Part shown: piece after piece, positions 5,257-5,530 of the stretch | Position numbering within the stretch: position 1 is the stretch's first letter | Layout: each line of letters begins with the position of its first letter | IMG/VR virus record: IMGVR_UViG_3300045988_014784 | Coordinates: 1 to 5,530 of that record | DNA: 5,530 bases | Source of the DNA: a virus | Reading direction: 5' to 3' (one strand) | Program-made: the position numbers and the translations under genes | The notes under the pieces: generated by a model | The model's input: the letters and a program-made list of their open reading frames with translations, nothing else | What the model was told of the DNA's origin: nothing | Databases searched by the model: none

Positions 5257-5427
5257 TCATGCTGTTTTTTGGTATCCCAGTGCTTCTGCGTATTCGTCAA
5301 TAGCATCTCTTATGATATCACTGTCGATATATTTATCATACAGTTTGCATGTTTTGATGAACTCTAGCTCTTCGATCTGTTTTTGTGTCAGGTTGATGTT
5401 CATTCTTTTTGCCATTTGACTTCTCAT
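5257..5427 (-). CDS. Small RHH-like putative transcriptional regulator (56 aa), not in the supplied ORF track
   Basis: ATG at 5427 with AGGAGGG (5440..5434) 6 nt upstream; TGA at 5259..5257. My translation is MRSQMAKRMNINLTQKQIEELEFIKTCKLYDKYIDSDIIRDAIDEYAEALGYQKTA. The pattern is a basic N-terminus, a short beta strand (RMNINL) and two helices (TQKQIEELEFIK; SDIIRDAIDEYAEAL), which is RHH-like. It is the first gene after the consensus promoter. Confidence 0.65.
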   Translation of the reverse strand: MRSQMAKRMNINLTQKQIEELEFIKTCKLYDKYIDSDIIRDAIDEYAEALGYQKTA

Positions 5428-5468
5428 GTTACGCCCTCCTACTTTAAGTGTACGATTTTTACACCCAT

Positions 5469-5497
5469 ATTATACACCTCCTTTGTTTGTTTGTCAA
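5469..5497 (-). promoter_or_regulatory. Consensus sigma70-type promoter (TTGACA - 17 nt - TATAAT) for the RHH-Rep early unit
   Basis: Minus strand: TAA(VP2 stop)-TTGACA(5497..5492)-AACAAACAAAGGAGGTG(17 nt)-TATAAT(5474..5469). Both hexamers match the consensus 6/6 at optimal spacing. The location is the 70-nt gap between the VP2 stop and the RHH-like ORF. Confidence 0.75.
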
Positions 5498-5530
5498 TTA
5501 CCTTCCTCTGCCGCTTCCGCTGCCTGAGAA
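5476..5530. repeat. Terminal direct repeat, copy 2 (identical to 1..55); circular-contig assembly overlap
   Basis: Same 55-mer as 1..55. It contains the VP2 stop codon (5498..5500 = 23..25) and the -35 box of the early promoter. Confidence 0.95.

Larger units (their letters stand above)
1..5475 (-). other. Complete circular ssDNA phage genome, Microviridae (gokushovirus-like), unit length 5475 nt; viral/mRNA sense is the window minus strand
   Basis: Exact 55-nt terminal overlap (1..55 = 5476..5530). Full microvirus gene set (VP1, VP2, VP3, VP4, VP5-like, small basic protein) on one strand. Compact, overlapping gene packing and a size typical of the family. Confidence 0.9.

Noticed and set aside
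5124-5306. 60-aa minus-strand ORF from the track spanning the RHH-56 3' half, the palindrome and the Rep SD
   Set aside because: It is out of frame with the SD-led 56-aa ORF, has no SD of its own, and reads through the 16-bp hairpin and the Rep ribosome-binding site. The 5257..5427 frame explains the region better.
16-5419. All other plus-strand ORFs in the track (for example 16..234, 392..631, 522..881, 662..1009, 925..1344, 1438..1653, 1580..1927, 1854..2036, 2045..2269, 2122..2358, 2253..2450, 3429..3761, 4156..4380, 4619..4840, 5180..5419)
   Set aside because: They lie antisense to well-supported genes and have Cys/Phe/Leu-rich nonsense-like composition. I saw no convincing SD, and several depend on non-ATG starts. 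They are consistent with antisense shadow frames.
5441-5467. Mini-ORF MGVKIVHLK (ATG directly after the -10 box, with GGAGG in the promoter spacer 8 nt upstream)
   Set aside because: The ATG lies upstream of the expected transcription start of the consensus promoter, so it would exist only on read-through transcripts. At 9 codons it is most simply a coincidence of the G-rich promoter spacer.
5455-5482. dif-like XerC/D site (GGTGTATAATATGGGTGTAAAAAT versus E. coli/B. subtilis dif), which would suggest dif-integrating lysogeny as reported for some enterobacterial gokushoviruses
   Set aside because: Alignment by eye shows only scattered matches (GGTG, ATAAT, TGTAAA). Neither the XerC nor the XerD arm aligns without gaps, and the central region does not match. 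A proper dif-profile search would be needed, so this is not claimed.
1-5530. tRNA/rRNA genes, CRISPR arrays, integrase or transposase genes, defence-system genes
   Set aside because: No cloverleaf-like or spacer-repeat structure was seen. The noncoding space totals only a few hundred nt and is accounted for by the hairpins, terminator and promoters. All sizeable ORFs are accounted for by microvirus functions.

Overview
The window is a complete circular ssDNA phage genome of the family Microviridae, gokushovirus-like. Bases 1..55 are identical to 5476..5530, so this is a circular-assembly overlap and the unit length is 5475 nt. All credible genes lie on the window minus strand. Each is preceded by a GGAGG-type Shine-Dalgarno sequence, and many are linked by stop/start overlaps. 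In transcription order the layout is as follows. A perfect consensus sigma70 promoter (TTGACA-N17-TATAAT, 5497..5469) leads into a 56-aa ribbon-helix-helix (RHH)-like ORF that is absent from the ORF track (5427..5257). Next come a perfect 16-bp inverted repeat with a 9-nt loop (5181..5141) and the HUH replication initiator VP4 (5116..4013). A noncoding region of about 210 nt follows, holding a GC-rich compound stem-loop and an intrinsic terminator with a 17-T tail. The late block then runs: a 35-aa TTG-start ORF, a 39-aa basic DNA-binding protein ending in RGGIRL (also absent from the track), a second RHH protein (66 aa), a VP5-like protein, the VP3 scaffold, the VP1 major capsid protein and the VP2 pilot protein. 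The core is an ordinary microvirus. The parts worth a second look are the two RHH-type putative regulators, the promoter/RHH/palindrome/Rep arrangement, the structured noncoding elements (candidate origins or operators), and the lack of any recognisable lysis gene. All plus-strand ORFs in the track look like antisense shadow ORFs. Every functional assignment comes from motif recognition by eye, since no database search was possible.
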